Below are positions 25,258-33,417 of a stretch of DNA of 64,000 bases, in pieces. The first letter of the stretch is position 1, and each line of letters opens with the position of its first letter. Below the pieces are notes generated by a model. The model searched no databases. It was given only the letters and a program-made list of their open reading frames with translations, and was not told the DNA's origin. This DNA comes from Longimicrobiales bacterium (GTDB lineage: Bacteria; Gemmatimonadota; Gemmatimonadetes; Longimicrobiales; Gaopeijiaceae): assembly GCA_965249725.1 (NCBI GenBank), contig CBDFMQ010000002.1:800001-864000 (forward strand), read 5' to 3'. A program made the translations under genes and the position numbers.

Positions 25258-25475
25258 GAAACGTCTCTGAAGACGTCCTCGTCCGTGAGATACCCGGCGG
25301 CCTCGGCAAAGGGCATGATCCGTCTCCGCAGATCCTCGAACTGTGCCACGGCGAGCTGACGTCGAAGCGCGTCACGTACGATCTCACTCCGAGAACGTCC
25401 GCTGCGCTTGGCCGCGCGCTCGAGCTGTTTCTCCAGATCGGGATCCAACCGAATTGTAAGTGCCGAGGTTTTCAT
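25254..25475 (-). CDS. Cassette gene: ribbon-helix-helix (CopG-like) antitoxin
   Basis: LTIRLD...L...AKRSGRSRSEIVRDALRR; 4-bp overlap with the PIN gene. Confidence 0.88.
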   Translation of the reverse strand: MKTSALTIRLDPDLEKQLERAAKRSGRSRSEIVRDALRRQLAVAQFEDLRRRIMPFAEAAGYLTDEDVFRDVS

Positions 25476-25502
25476 GTATTACAATGTATGACGTCCGGCG
25501 CT

Positions 25503-25602
25503 TCCTAACAAGCGATTGCTACTGTCGCGGTAGGCATCAGGCTCGCGCGCTCCGCTTGCAGTCGGCATCTTGGTCGCGCAGCAGAATCGCAATCCGTTAT
25601 GC
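25503..25602 (+). repeat. attC site 3
   Basis: TCCTAAC...GTTATGC. Confidence 0.92.
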
Positions 25603-25653
25603 CGCACCGCTATTGGAGGTTGTCTCCAGCAGCGGAGACCCTCGGAGGGTGTG

Positions 25654-27771
25654 ATGAAAGCGAATGCGACAAGATCATCCGCAGTGGCCCTGGCCCTGTG
25701 TTTGGCGGCCTGCAGTCCAGAGACCCGGTCCACGCCCGTGGACGCCGCGAGGCTCACCGCCGCCGACGCGGACACGGCGCAGTGGATGACCGTAGGCCGG
25801 ACCTACTCGGAACAGCGATTCAGCCCGCTCTCCGCGATAAACGCAGAGACCGTCGACCAGCTGGGCCTCGCCTGGAGCTTTGAGTTCGATACCGACCGGG
25901 GCCAGGAGGCAACCCCCCTGATCGTCGATGGCGTCCTCTACACGTCGACGGCCTGGTCCAAGGTCTTTGCCTTTGACGCCAGGGCCGGAACGCTCCTCTG
26001 GTCCTACGATCCCGAGGTCGACGGCTCGCGCGCCTTCTCGGCCTGCTGCGACGTGGTCAACCGTGGTGTCGCCATCTGGGGCGACAAGCTCTTCCTGGGC
26101 GCCCTCGACGGCCGGTTGATCGCGCTGGACGCTGCGAGCGGCAGGGAAGTCTGGTCGGTGGTCACGGTGGATCAGTCCAAACCCTACACCATCACGGGCG
26201 CGCCCCGGGTGGTCAAAGGCAAGGTGCTGATCGGAAATGGCGGCGCCGAATTCGGGGTCCGTGGCTACCTGTCGGCCTATGACGCCGAGAGCGGAGAACT
26301 CGTCTGGCGGTTCTACACCACGCCCAATCCGGACGGCCAGTCCGACGGCGCCGCCTCGGACGCGATCATGGCCTCAACGGCTGGGGCGACTTGGTTCGAC
26401 GGCCTCTGGAAGCGTTCCGGCGGCGGTGGCACAGTGTGGGACGCCATGGCGTACGATCCGGCGCTCGATCTGCTCTACTTCGGCGTCGGCAACGGCGCGC
26501 CCTGGGACCATGTCATGCGGTCCGGTGGCCAGGGCGACAATTTGTTCCTGGCGTCGATCGTCGCGGTGAGGCCGGACAACGGAGACTACGTCTGGCACTA
26601 CCAGACCACGCCTGGCGAAACCTGGGACTACACAGCCACCCAGCACATCATGCTGGCCGACCTGACCATCGACGGCAGGCCGCGCCAGGTGCTCATGCAG
26701 GCACCCAAGAATGGATTCTTCTACGTCTTGGACCGCGCGGACGGATCGCTGATTTCGGCGAACAATTACGTCACCGTGAACTGGGCCACAGGTATCGGTC
26801 CCGACGGGCGGCCCGTTGAGGTCCCGGACGCCCGGTATGACGTGCAGAAGAGTGTCGCGCTCGTGTTCCCGGGGCCCTTCGGTGGCCACGGCTGGCAGCC
26901 CATGGCCTTCGATCCTGCGGAAGGGCTGGTGTACATCCCGGCCATGGAGATGGCGTTCCCGTACGGTGAGGACGGCGAGTTCACGTATCGCGACGGCACC
27001 GTCAACCTTGGCATCGAATTCGACCTGCTCGCCCTGCCGGACGACGCTGCCCAGATCAGCGCGATGAAGGCGGGCACCAAGGGCCAGCTAATCGCTTGGG
27101 ATCCGGTGAAGCAGGAAGCTCGCTGGATCGTCGAGCACCCCCACTTCTGGAACGCGGGCGCCCTAGCCACGGGCGGAGGACTGGTCTTCCAGGGTGCGGC
27201 CGAGGGTCAGGTCGCAGCGTATTCTGCCAGAGATGGCGCGCTGGTCTGGAGCTACGATGCGGGCAACGGCATTATCGCCGCGCCGGCCACTTATGCGATG
27301 GATGGCGAGCAGTATCTGGCGGTGATGGTGGGCTACGGCGGAGCTGCGCCGATGCTCGCCGCCTGGGCTCTGCCGGATCGCCCTCGCCTGCCGGGGCGCC
27401 TGCTGGTATTCAAGCTCGGCGGGAATGCCACCGTGCCACCGTATCCCGAGCCCCAGCCGGTGACGATCGACCTGACCGGGGCGGTCTCCACCGCCGACGC
27501 CAGAGCCGGGTTTTCTCTCTACAACGACAATTGCATAGTCTGCCATGGCCCCAACGCCAGCGGCCGATACCTGCCCGACCTCAGGACCTCGCCGATGATC
27601 CTGTCGGCGGCTGCCTTCAAGTCGGTGGTCGTCGACGGCGCTCGCGCGGCCATGGGCATGGTTGGTTTCTCCCGGTTTCTGACGGCCGATCAAGCCGAGT
27701 CGATCCGGGCGTACGTGTTGACCGAGGCACGCAAAGCGCAGACCGGAGTGGCCCCAGGAGCGATACCGTAG
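25654..27771 (+). CDS. Cassette gene: type II quinohemoprotein (PQQ + heme c) alcohol dehydrogenase, lipoprotein
   Basis: Lipobox LAAC, RFSPL..IN, GQEATP, vicinal CCDVVNRG, GGAEFGVRG, WDYTA, QAPKNGFFY, C-terminal CIVCH. Confidence 0.93.
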   Translation: MKANATRSSAVALALCLAACSPETRSTPVDAARLTAADADTAQWMTVGRTYSEQRFSPLSAINAETVDQLGLAWSFEFDTDRGQEATPLIVDGVLYTSTAWSKVFAFDARAGTLLWSYDPEVDGSRAFSACCDVVNRGVAIWGDKLFLGALDGRLIALDAASGREVWSVVTVDQSKPYTITGAPRVVKGKVLIGNGGAEFGVRGYLSAYDAESGELVWRFYTTPNPDGQSDGAASDAIMASTAGATWFDGLWKRSGGGGTVWDAMAYDPALDLLYFGVGNGAPWDHVMRSGGQGDNLFLASIVAVRPDNGDYVWHYQTTPGETWDYTATQHIMLADLTIDGRPRQVLMQAPKNGFFYVLDRADGSLISANNYVTVNWATGIGPDGRPVEVPDARYDVQKSVALVFPGPFGGHGWQPMAFDPAEGLVYIPAMEMAFPYGEDGEFTYRDGTVNLGIEFDLLALPDDAAQISAMKAGTKGQLIAWDPVKQEARWIVEHPHFWNAGALATGGGLVFQGAAEGQVAAYSARDGALVWSYDAGNGIIAAPATYAMDGEQYLAVMVGYGGAAPMLAAWALPDRPRLPGRLLVFKLGGNATVPPYPEPQPVTIDLTGAVSTADARAGFSLYNDNCIVCHGPNASGRYLPDLRTSPMILSAAAFKSVVVDGARAAMGMVGFSRFLTADQAESIRAYVLTEARKAQTGVAPGAIP

Positions 27772-27858
27772 ACCAGTTCCAGGTCGGACATTAGGAGAGG
27801 GTCCCGTCCTGTTCGTGGGTGGAGCTCGTTTCCGCAGGGTCACCTTGGTCGGAGTGCG

Positions 27859-27959
27859 GCATAACCAGCGATTGCTACTGTCGCGGTAAGCATCAAGCTC
27901 GCGCGCTACGCTCGCGGTCCACATCTTGGACGCGCAGCAGAATCGCCGATCCGTTAGCT
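27859..27959 (+). repeat. attC site 4
   Basis: GCATAAC...GTTAGCT. Confidence 0.92.
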
Positions 27960-27979
27960 AGCCTCCAAACGGGCGTAGA

Positions 27980-28693
27980 GTGGATCCTTCCAACCAATTT
28001 GGTAGTCGGGCACGCTGGGGCCGCGTGATCGCAGAGGGTATGGCGATCGTGCTCAGCATTCTCCTGGCGTTTGCCCTTCAGGCGTGGTGGGAAGCCCTTC
28101 GGGACACAGCTGAAGAATTAGCCGTCGTCGAGACGCTCGTTGCGGAGATCGGTGAAGTCACGGCCCACTTGGACGAGGCGATTGCCGAGCACGTGTTGGT
28201 GATGGACGCCGCTGACGAATGGCGGAACGTTTCACAAACGACTGCGCCGGATTCCGTAGCTGCCTTGGTTCGCCTCCTCATCTACCACAGGACTCCAAAC
28301 CTCTCCCTCAGCGCAGTAGAAGGCTTGCTCGCCTCTGGGCGTCTCTCACTGATCCGGGACGAGCAACTCCGTGCGTGGATCGCCGCCTGGCCCGGCGTAA
28401 AAGAGGACTTGGACGAAGAAACTCAGGGCGTCATCCAGTTCGCGCGCTTCGTTGTTCCAGGCTTTTTCGTGGCCAGCGGGATTCCGCGCGCGGCCGCCGA
28501 CAGTATCCTTCCACCGCGGCACTCTCGCAGTGACCTCAGTCCTCTTGTGGGCGACCCTCGGTTTGCGAATCTGTATTACCAGGGCTGGGAGGTTAGCGAG
28601 GTCTTTGTGCGGGAGGGACTCCTCGTCCGAGACGTGCTTGAGCGTGGGAGGTCGCTCGGGCGTTCGGTACTCGACCGTGCGGGGCGAGGCTAG
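27980..28693 (+). CDS. Cassette gene: hypothetical membrane-anchored protein
   Basis: EG.AIVLSILLAFALQAWWE N-terminal anchor, LLASGRLSLIRD; ends at attC5. Confidence 0.75.
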   Translation: MDPSNQFGSRARWGRVIAEGMAIVLSILLAFALQAWWEALRDTAEELAVVETLVAEIGEVTAHLDEAIAEHVLVMDAADEWRNVSQTTAPDSVAALVRLLIYHRTPNLSLSAVEGLLASGRLSLIRDEQLRAWIAAWPGVKEDLDEETQGVIQFARFVVPGFFVASGIPRAAADSILPPRHSRSDLSPLVGDPRFANLYYQGWEVSEVFVREGLLVRDVLERGRSLGRSVLDRAGRG

Positions 28694-28791
28694 CTAACAA
28701 GCGATTGCTGCAGTCGCGGTAAGCGTTTGGCTCGCGCGCTTCGCTTGCGGTCCACATCTTGATCGCGCAGCAGAATCGCAATCCGTTAGCT
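28692..28791 (+). repeat. attC site 5
   Basis: AGCTAAC...GTTAGCT. Confidence 0.92.
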
Positions 28792-28853
28792 AGCGCCTAC
28801 GAGGTAGGGTCGACGGACCTTTCTGTGTACACACCGCGTATGTACATTCCGTG

Positions 28854-29150
28854 ATGTCCCACATCGAATTCGAGTGGGACCTGCAGAAGAACCGAGCCAA
28901 TCGAAAAAAACACGGCGTCTCGTTCGATGAGGCGTCGACGGCCTTCTATGACGAAGAGGGCCTGTTGCTGGACGATCCGGATCATTCTGAGAGCGAGGAT
29001 CACTTCATCATCCTAGGCGTCAGTTCCGCGCTCCGTCTTCTTGTGGTCGTCCATTGTTACCGTGGGGAGGACGCCACGATTCGAATCATCTCGGCCCGAA
29101 AAGCAGTGCCGGCCGAGGCCGCCTTCTACGAGAGTCACCAAAGGCCATGA
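28854..29150 (+). CDS. brnT: Cassette gene: BrnT-family toxin
   Basis: FEWD..KN..N.KKHGVSFDEA, IRIISARKA. Confidence 0.92.
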   Translation: MSHIEFEWDLQKNRANRKKHGVSFDEASTAFYDEEGLLLDDPDHSESEDHFIILGVSSALRLLVVVHCYRGEDATIRIISARKAVPAEAAFYESHQRP

Positions 29151-29377
29151 GAGCAGAGTACGATTTTTCGAAAGCCCGCAAGAATCCGTATGCGAAGCGA
29201 CTCAAGAAGCGCGTGACCATCCGCCTAGACACGCCGACCGTGGACTACTTCAAGCAACTCGCGGAAGAGACTGGGATCCCCTACCAAACCCTCATCAATC
29301 TCTACCTCAGGGATTGTGCGGCATCGAAACGGGAGTTGAACCTGGAGTGGCGGGGGGCGACCAGCGGCGCTGGCTAA
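29147..29377 (+). CDS. brnA: Cassette gene: BrnA-family antitoxin
   Basis: MRAEYDFS, VTIRLD, YFK, IPYQTLINLYL; ATGA overlap; stop in attC6 R''. Confidence 0.9.
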   Translation: MRAEYDFSKARKNPYAKRLKKRVTIRLDTPTVDYFKQLAEETGIPYQTLINLYLRDCAASKRELNLEWRGATSGAG

Positions 29378-29472
29378 CCAGCGATTGCTACTGTCGCGGT
29401 AAGCATCAAGCTCGCGCGCTACGCTCGCGGTCCACATCTTGGACGCGCAGCAGAATCGCCGATCCGTTATGT
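29372..29472 (+). repeat. attC site 6 (internally identical to attC4)
   Basis: GGCTAAC...GTTATGT. Confidence 0.92.
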
Positions 29473-29883
29473 GGCCTCGCTGTGGTCCTGCAGCAGAGCC
29501 ATGAAGGCCCGAGGCGTGACCACGTCTACGCCTCGCCACCCTGAGGCCTCAAGTAGGTGCCTGTCGCCAGACACCACGAGGGCCCCCACTTGTTGGGCAC
29601 AGATCATGAACTTGTCGTCGTCCGGATCGGTCGTGATGGATTCCGGAGCAGTCGCATCGGGCACTAGCGTTCCGTGCCCAACTACGGTCGCGAGAAGTTC
29701 GTCGTAGTTGAGAGTCGGGTGGCCTGCGCCCAGCCGATCGCAGGTCCGCAGGTACTCATCGAAAATCGTTGGCGAAAGAAACAGCTCGAAGCGCCCTTCT
29801 GCCCACGCTTCGAGCACACTCCGGGGCACGCCTCCGAAGAAGATCCCAGAAACCACCACATTGGTGTCTAGGACAGCCTTCAC
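29467..29883 (-). CDS. Cassette gene: PIN-domain toxin
   Basis: AVLDTNVVVSG, DPDDDKF..CA, VVSGDRHLL. Confidence 0.9.
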   Translation of the reverse strand: MKAVLDTNVVVSGIFFGGVPRSVLEAWAEGRFELFLSPTIFDEYLRTCDRLGAGHPTLNYDELLATVVGHGTLVPDATAPESITTDPDDDKFMICAQQVGALVVSGDRHLLEASGWRGVDVVTPRAFMALLQDHSEAT

Positions 29884-30143
29884 TCCTTCCTCCGGACCTC
29901 CCGAATAGCCCGATCGATATCGTCAGGAGTGAGTTCAGCCTTCTCAGCCGACTCATGAGCCTGGTCCAACAACGCCTTGAAGTCCGCCATTCTCGGTGGC
30001 TTGAGAGCTTTGAGCACGACGACGTCGCCCTCGCCCACAACGACGAACTGTGCCCCAGGCTCGAGTCCAAGTCGGTTTCGGATCTCTTCAGGAATGACGA
30101 CCTGTCCTCTGGAGGAGAGTTTTGTCGTGGCCGCACGTACCAT
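29880..30143 (-). CDS. Cassette gene: AbrB/MazE-family antitoxin
   Basis: TTKLSSRGQVVIPEEIR..LGL.PG; overlaps PIN gene. Confidence 0.9.
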   Translation of the reverse strand: MVRAATTKLSSRGQVVIPEEIRNRLGLEPGAQFVVVGEGDVVVLKALKPPRMADFKALLDQAHESAEKAELTPDDIDRAIREVRRKE

Positions 30144-30201
30144 AATGCCTCCGGTTGGATCTTATTGGTAAGATAATGCGGAGACCAAGTACGGTCGACC
30201 C

Positions 30202-31140
30202 TGAGCGGTAAAGGACCTGGGTGACAGTTAAGTAAAGAGACCTAGGTAACAGTTCTGCGTCCTTTGCAAGTACCTCCAGTTCGTCTTTGCCCTCGTCCGA
30301 GGGAGTCGAAGATGAGGCGTTTGGGTTCAACAAAGCGTCCTAGCCAGATGGGACCGAAGTAGACCTCAAAGAGGCCGTGGTCAATCTCTTCGAGTCCGAC
30401 TTCATGTCCGGCGAAGAGTCGACCGACAGGGACGCGGTCACCGTACCATCGGATGCCACCGTTCGAGCTGACGAGCCGGGTCTCGAAGTGGCCTGGATAC
30501 GTGACCGGCTCGAGTTGATTGGGGAAGGGTCGAGGTGAGGGTCGGTAGTGGTCGGCGGGCACGTTACCGCCTAACGCCTCATGCGGTCTTATCTCGTTGT
30601 AGAGCTTCCTGAACTCCCGGAACGCACGCTGCTGGGTTCGCATGTTGGAGCTCGGAGGGCGGGTGGTACGCCTCTTCAGCACCAGATGCATGTTCTCGTG
30701 CTTGCCGTTTTGCTGCGGGCAGCCAGGCTCGATGAGCTCAGGCACGATCCCCACCTGAATGAACCACACCGACAGCCGAGATAGACGGCCGAGTGCGTTC
30801 GAAGCAAACGGAGTGCCGTTGTCCGTACGGATCCGTTCGGGCAGGCCGAATCGGCGAAATAGCCTTCTAAACACGGGGATCACGCCGTCGATCGTCACAT
30901 CGGGACGACCCCGACACTCTAGGACGAACCTCGAATGCATGTCCTGTACGGTGAGCGGGTAGCACAGCTCCCCGTTGCCCATCGGGAACTCACCCTTGAA
31001 GTCGGCCGTCCACGTTCCGTTCGGCTCCGAGGCGTCCGTATCGGGTCGACCCGGATGCCACCGGCGCACCCGCCGTCGACGCCTCGGCACCAGATCGTGA
31101 CGTACCAAGATGTTGTGCATCGTCTGTCGTGAGGGTACCG
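30202..31140 (-). mobile_element. IS481-family element: right end plus 5'-truncated DDE transposase (ORF 30242-31120)
   Basis: WTADFKG, IRTDNG.PF, PQQNGKHE catalytic core; tandem terminal repeats at 30209-30227 and 30233-30252; N-terminal HTH missing. Confidence 0.85.
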
Positions 31141-31465
31141 GACCATTGAGGACGCGCTGAAGTCAGCGCGTGTCGAGTTCGGTGAGGCGTTCGACTCGGC
31201 GCCCAATGCTCTAGACTTCGCCTTCTACACGACGGCAGAGTCACCGCTGCTACTTCGCAAAGCCTTCCTCTTCGTATACCCCACGTACTTCGCACTCTTC
31301 ACAGTTGAGGCTGCGTACCTGCTCATGCAACAGGTCTTGCCCTTTCCGACCGCTCCTGAGCACCCGATGCTCTGGGCGCTTGGGTTCATCGCTTTCTCGT
31401 GGGGCGCCGTTCGAGTGGGTCGCTATTTGCGTAGGAACTACGGACGGGCCATGGACCTCAAGTAG
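31133..31465 (+). pseudogene. 3' remnant of a two-TM membrane protein gene
   Basis: 110-codon open frame lacking an upstream start, two hydrophobic helices, abuts the IS481 break. Confidence 0.5.
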
Positions 31466-31501
31466 GCTGGCTTCAACACCATAAACTGATCGGGGGTTGA
31501 A

Positions 31502-32869
31502 GTGCCTCAGGCGTACCGGGGAGTTCCGCACATCACGACTCCAGGTGGCTGGGATGTCCGCGTGACCCGGTTTCCCGTTGGTGCCGATGAGGTGCCAATA
31601 GTCGCCGTTCTCGGTCGTGGGGGTATGCCGACTCGGTGGTGCACTATCGGGTCAGCCTTCTCACATGCTGATGGTTTCGACGAGTTCGCTTGCGTAGCCG
31701 CGATGGCAGCTTGGGGGGCATTGGTGCTCGGGCCAGAGGTCATCAGATGGCGGGTCGCAGAGGCAGGAACCCTGGTCACGAACAGGAAGAGGGCCAAGAA
31801 GCTGGTGCGCGCTATCCATCCAAGGGAATTCAGGGGCACGGCGGTCCCAGCCGTCAGTGGGGACAGGGAAGTCAGCCTCCCCGAGCTTCTCCGGCAGTAC
31901 ACCGTGGCGGGTGAGAGCAACGCGGTTGAGGTCGCCGAGTTAGCAGAGTTAGGGTTTCCTCCGGGCATGTATGGTCAACCATCGGATGAGGCCCGTATCC
32001 AGGTTCGTCAACGGATGGTCCACTTTGGCGAGCAACTCAAGGCCCAGTTGCTTTCAGGAGCGGAGACCTTCGGGGCCGATCTTCTCCAGGCCGAGATAGA
32101 TCGTTGCACAGGCGAAGCTGAGATCGACAGCCTGGCCGCGTGGGTTGAGTTGCTGATCCAGGGCAGGCGGGACTTTCACTTTCTTCACCGTAGCCTCCAG
32201 AGAGAAGCGGTCGAAGATACCCGGTGCAACGGTTCAAGGCGGCTCCAAGAGGTTATGGCCAGCCCGCTTCACAGACTCTTCTACGATCCCGTTCCCCAAT
32301 TCGGCGACGCAACGTTCACATGGTCTGCCGAGAACGGTCGCTCTTTGACTCTCCGCGTGCCTGTGGCCGTTGACATGGGTCTTGTCCATCTCGGCCGTCC
32401 GTGGTGGAACTCGCTCCTGAAGGCATACCAGTCCGAGGACAGTGAGGCTAAGGATGTAAGCCTTGGAAAGCTCAGTAGCCTCCTATCCATAGATGTCCAT
32501 TGGAAAGCCATTGGTTCACCGGACTTCACGACTGATTCGGATTCGAGGGAAATCCTGGCTGAGTATGCCGAGTATGTGGCGGCAGACTCAGATGAAGGGG
32601 ACTCAAGCGCACCGGACCTCGACGAGATTCTTGCCAAGGCCGCGCTCACATCGCACGAACGGCTGGTGGTTGAGGAGGTTGTCCTCAAGAAAAGGAAGGC
32701 CAAGGATGTCGCGGCGAGGTTGAACGTTAGCCCAGGGCGGGCGTCACCATCGGCCAGGGTCAGCTTCTCAAGTCCTATCGAGCAATCGCGAACGACAATG
32801 AGTGGAGAGAAAACCGAGCCCTCAAGGGGTGGTCAACCTCACGGGTCAAACGAATGCTCGACTGGCTGA
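31502..32869 (+). CDS. Hypothetical protein with C-terminal sigma-70 region-4-like HTH (3' end probably fused)
   Basis: LTSHERLVV...KAKDVAARLNVSPGR; the last ~40 codons overlap the initiator frame. Confidence 0.55.
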   Translation: MPQAYRGVPHITTPGGWDVRVTRFPVGADEVPIVAVLGRGGMPTRWCTIGSAFSHADGFDEFACVAAMAAWGALVLGPEVIRWRVAEAGTLVTNRKRAKKLVRAIHPREFRGTAVPAVSGDREVSLPELLRQYTVAGESNAVEVAELAELGFPPGMYGQPSDEARIQVRQRMVHFGEQLKAQLLSGAETFGADLLQAEIDRCTGEAEIDSLAAWVELLIQGRRDFHFLHRSLQREAVEDTRCNGSRRLQEVMASPLHRLFYDPVPQFGDATFTWSAENGRSLTLRVPVAVDMGLVHLGRPWWNSLLKAYQSEDSEAKDVSLGKLSSLLSIDVHWKAIGSPDFTTDSDSREILAEYAEYVAADSDEGDSSAPDLDEILAKAALTSHERLVVEEVVLKKRKAKDVAARLNVSPGRASPSARVSFSSPIEQSRTTMSGEKTEPSRGGQPHGSNECSTG

Positions 32870-33417
32870 GTAAGAACGAGATGGTGTCCTTACAGGTGAC
32901 GGAAGTGGGAACACTAATCACCGTCCCGAGTTTCGCGGATTATCAGGACTCTGAGGCGTACCGGATTGAACCTGGAACGGGACTCGGAACGCACTCGGAA
33001 CAACAGCGGAACAATAGAAAGAAAGAGAAGAAGGGGAATACTACTAAATCGTCGGCTTTCTCCGACGAGGTCGTCGGCGTCTTCGACTACTGGCAAGAGC
33101 GAAGGTCCCAGCTTCCCCACACCCGCCCAGCCAAACTCACCGATGAGCGACTGTCCAAGGTCAAAGCTCGGCTAGACGAGGGCCGCACACCGGAAGAACT
33201 CCGACGGGCCGTCGATGGCTGTCTCGGTAACGAGTACAACGTCCAAAGGGGCTACTACGACCTGGAGCTTATCTGCCGCGATGATCGGCATGTCTCCCAA
33301 TACCTGGCGTGGGGCAGTGGGTTGACCGGGGGGGACGCACCGTTCCCGAAGGTGGACCCAAGGAAGGCAGCCTATCTAAGACGGCTGAGGGACCAGTCCG
33401 AGGAGCTTCCAGAATGA
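32743..33417 (+). CDS. Phage-type replication initiator (replisome-organiser-like), N-terminus missing
   Basis: Frame extends upstream of ATG 32854: VTIGQGQLLKSYRAIA...WSTSRVKRMLDWL...GTLITV; C-terminal VFDYW..KLTDER..VKARL..EELRRAV..DLELICR. Confidence 0.7.
   Translation, partial: VTIGQGQLLKSYRAIANDNEWRENRALKGWSTSRVKRMLDWLSKNEMVSLQVTEVGTLITVPSFADYQDSEAYRIEPGTGLGTHSEQQRNNRKKEKKGNTTKSSAFSDEVVGVFDYWQERRSQLPHTRPAKLTDERLSKVKARLDEGRTPEELRRAVDGCLGNEYNVQRGYYDLELICRDDRHVSQYLAWGSGLTGGDAPFPKVDPRKAAYLRRLRDQSEELPE

Larger units (their letters stand above)
24053..29472 (+). mobile_element. Integron gene-cassette array with six attC sites, no integrase in window
   Basis: Six ~100-bp imperfect palindromes bounded by TAAC and GTTA, each separating single genes or TA pairs. 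Confidence 0.92.

Noticed and set aside
24053..29472. CRISPR array interpretation of the ~100-bp repeats
   Set aside because: Repeats are too long, intervening units are 0.6-2.3 kb and contain genes, and no cas genes are present; they fit attC sites.
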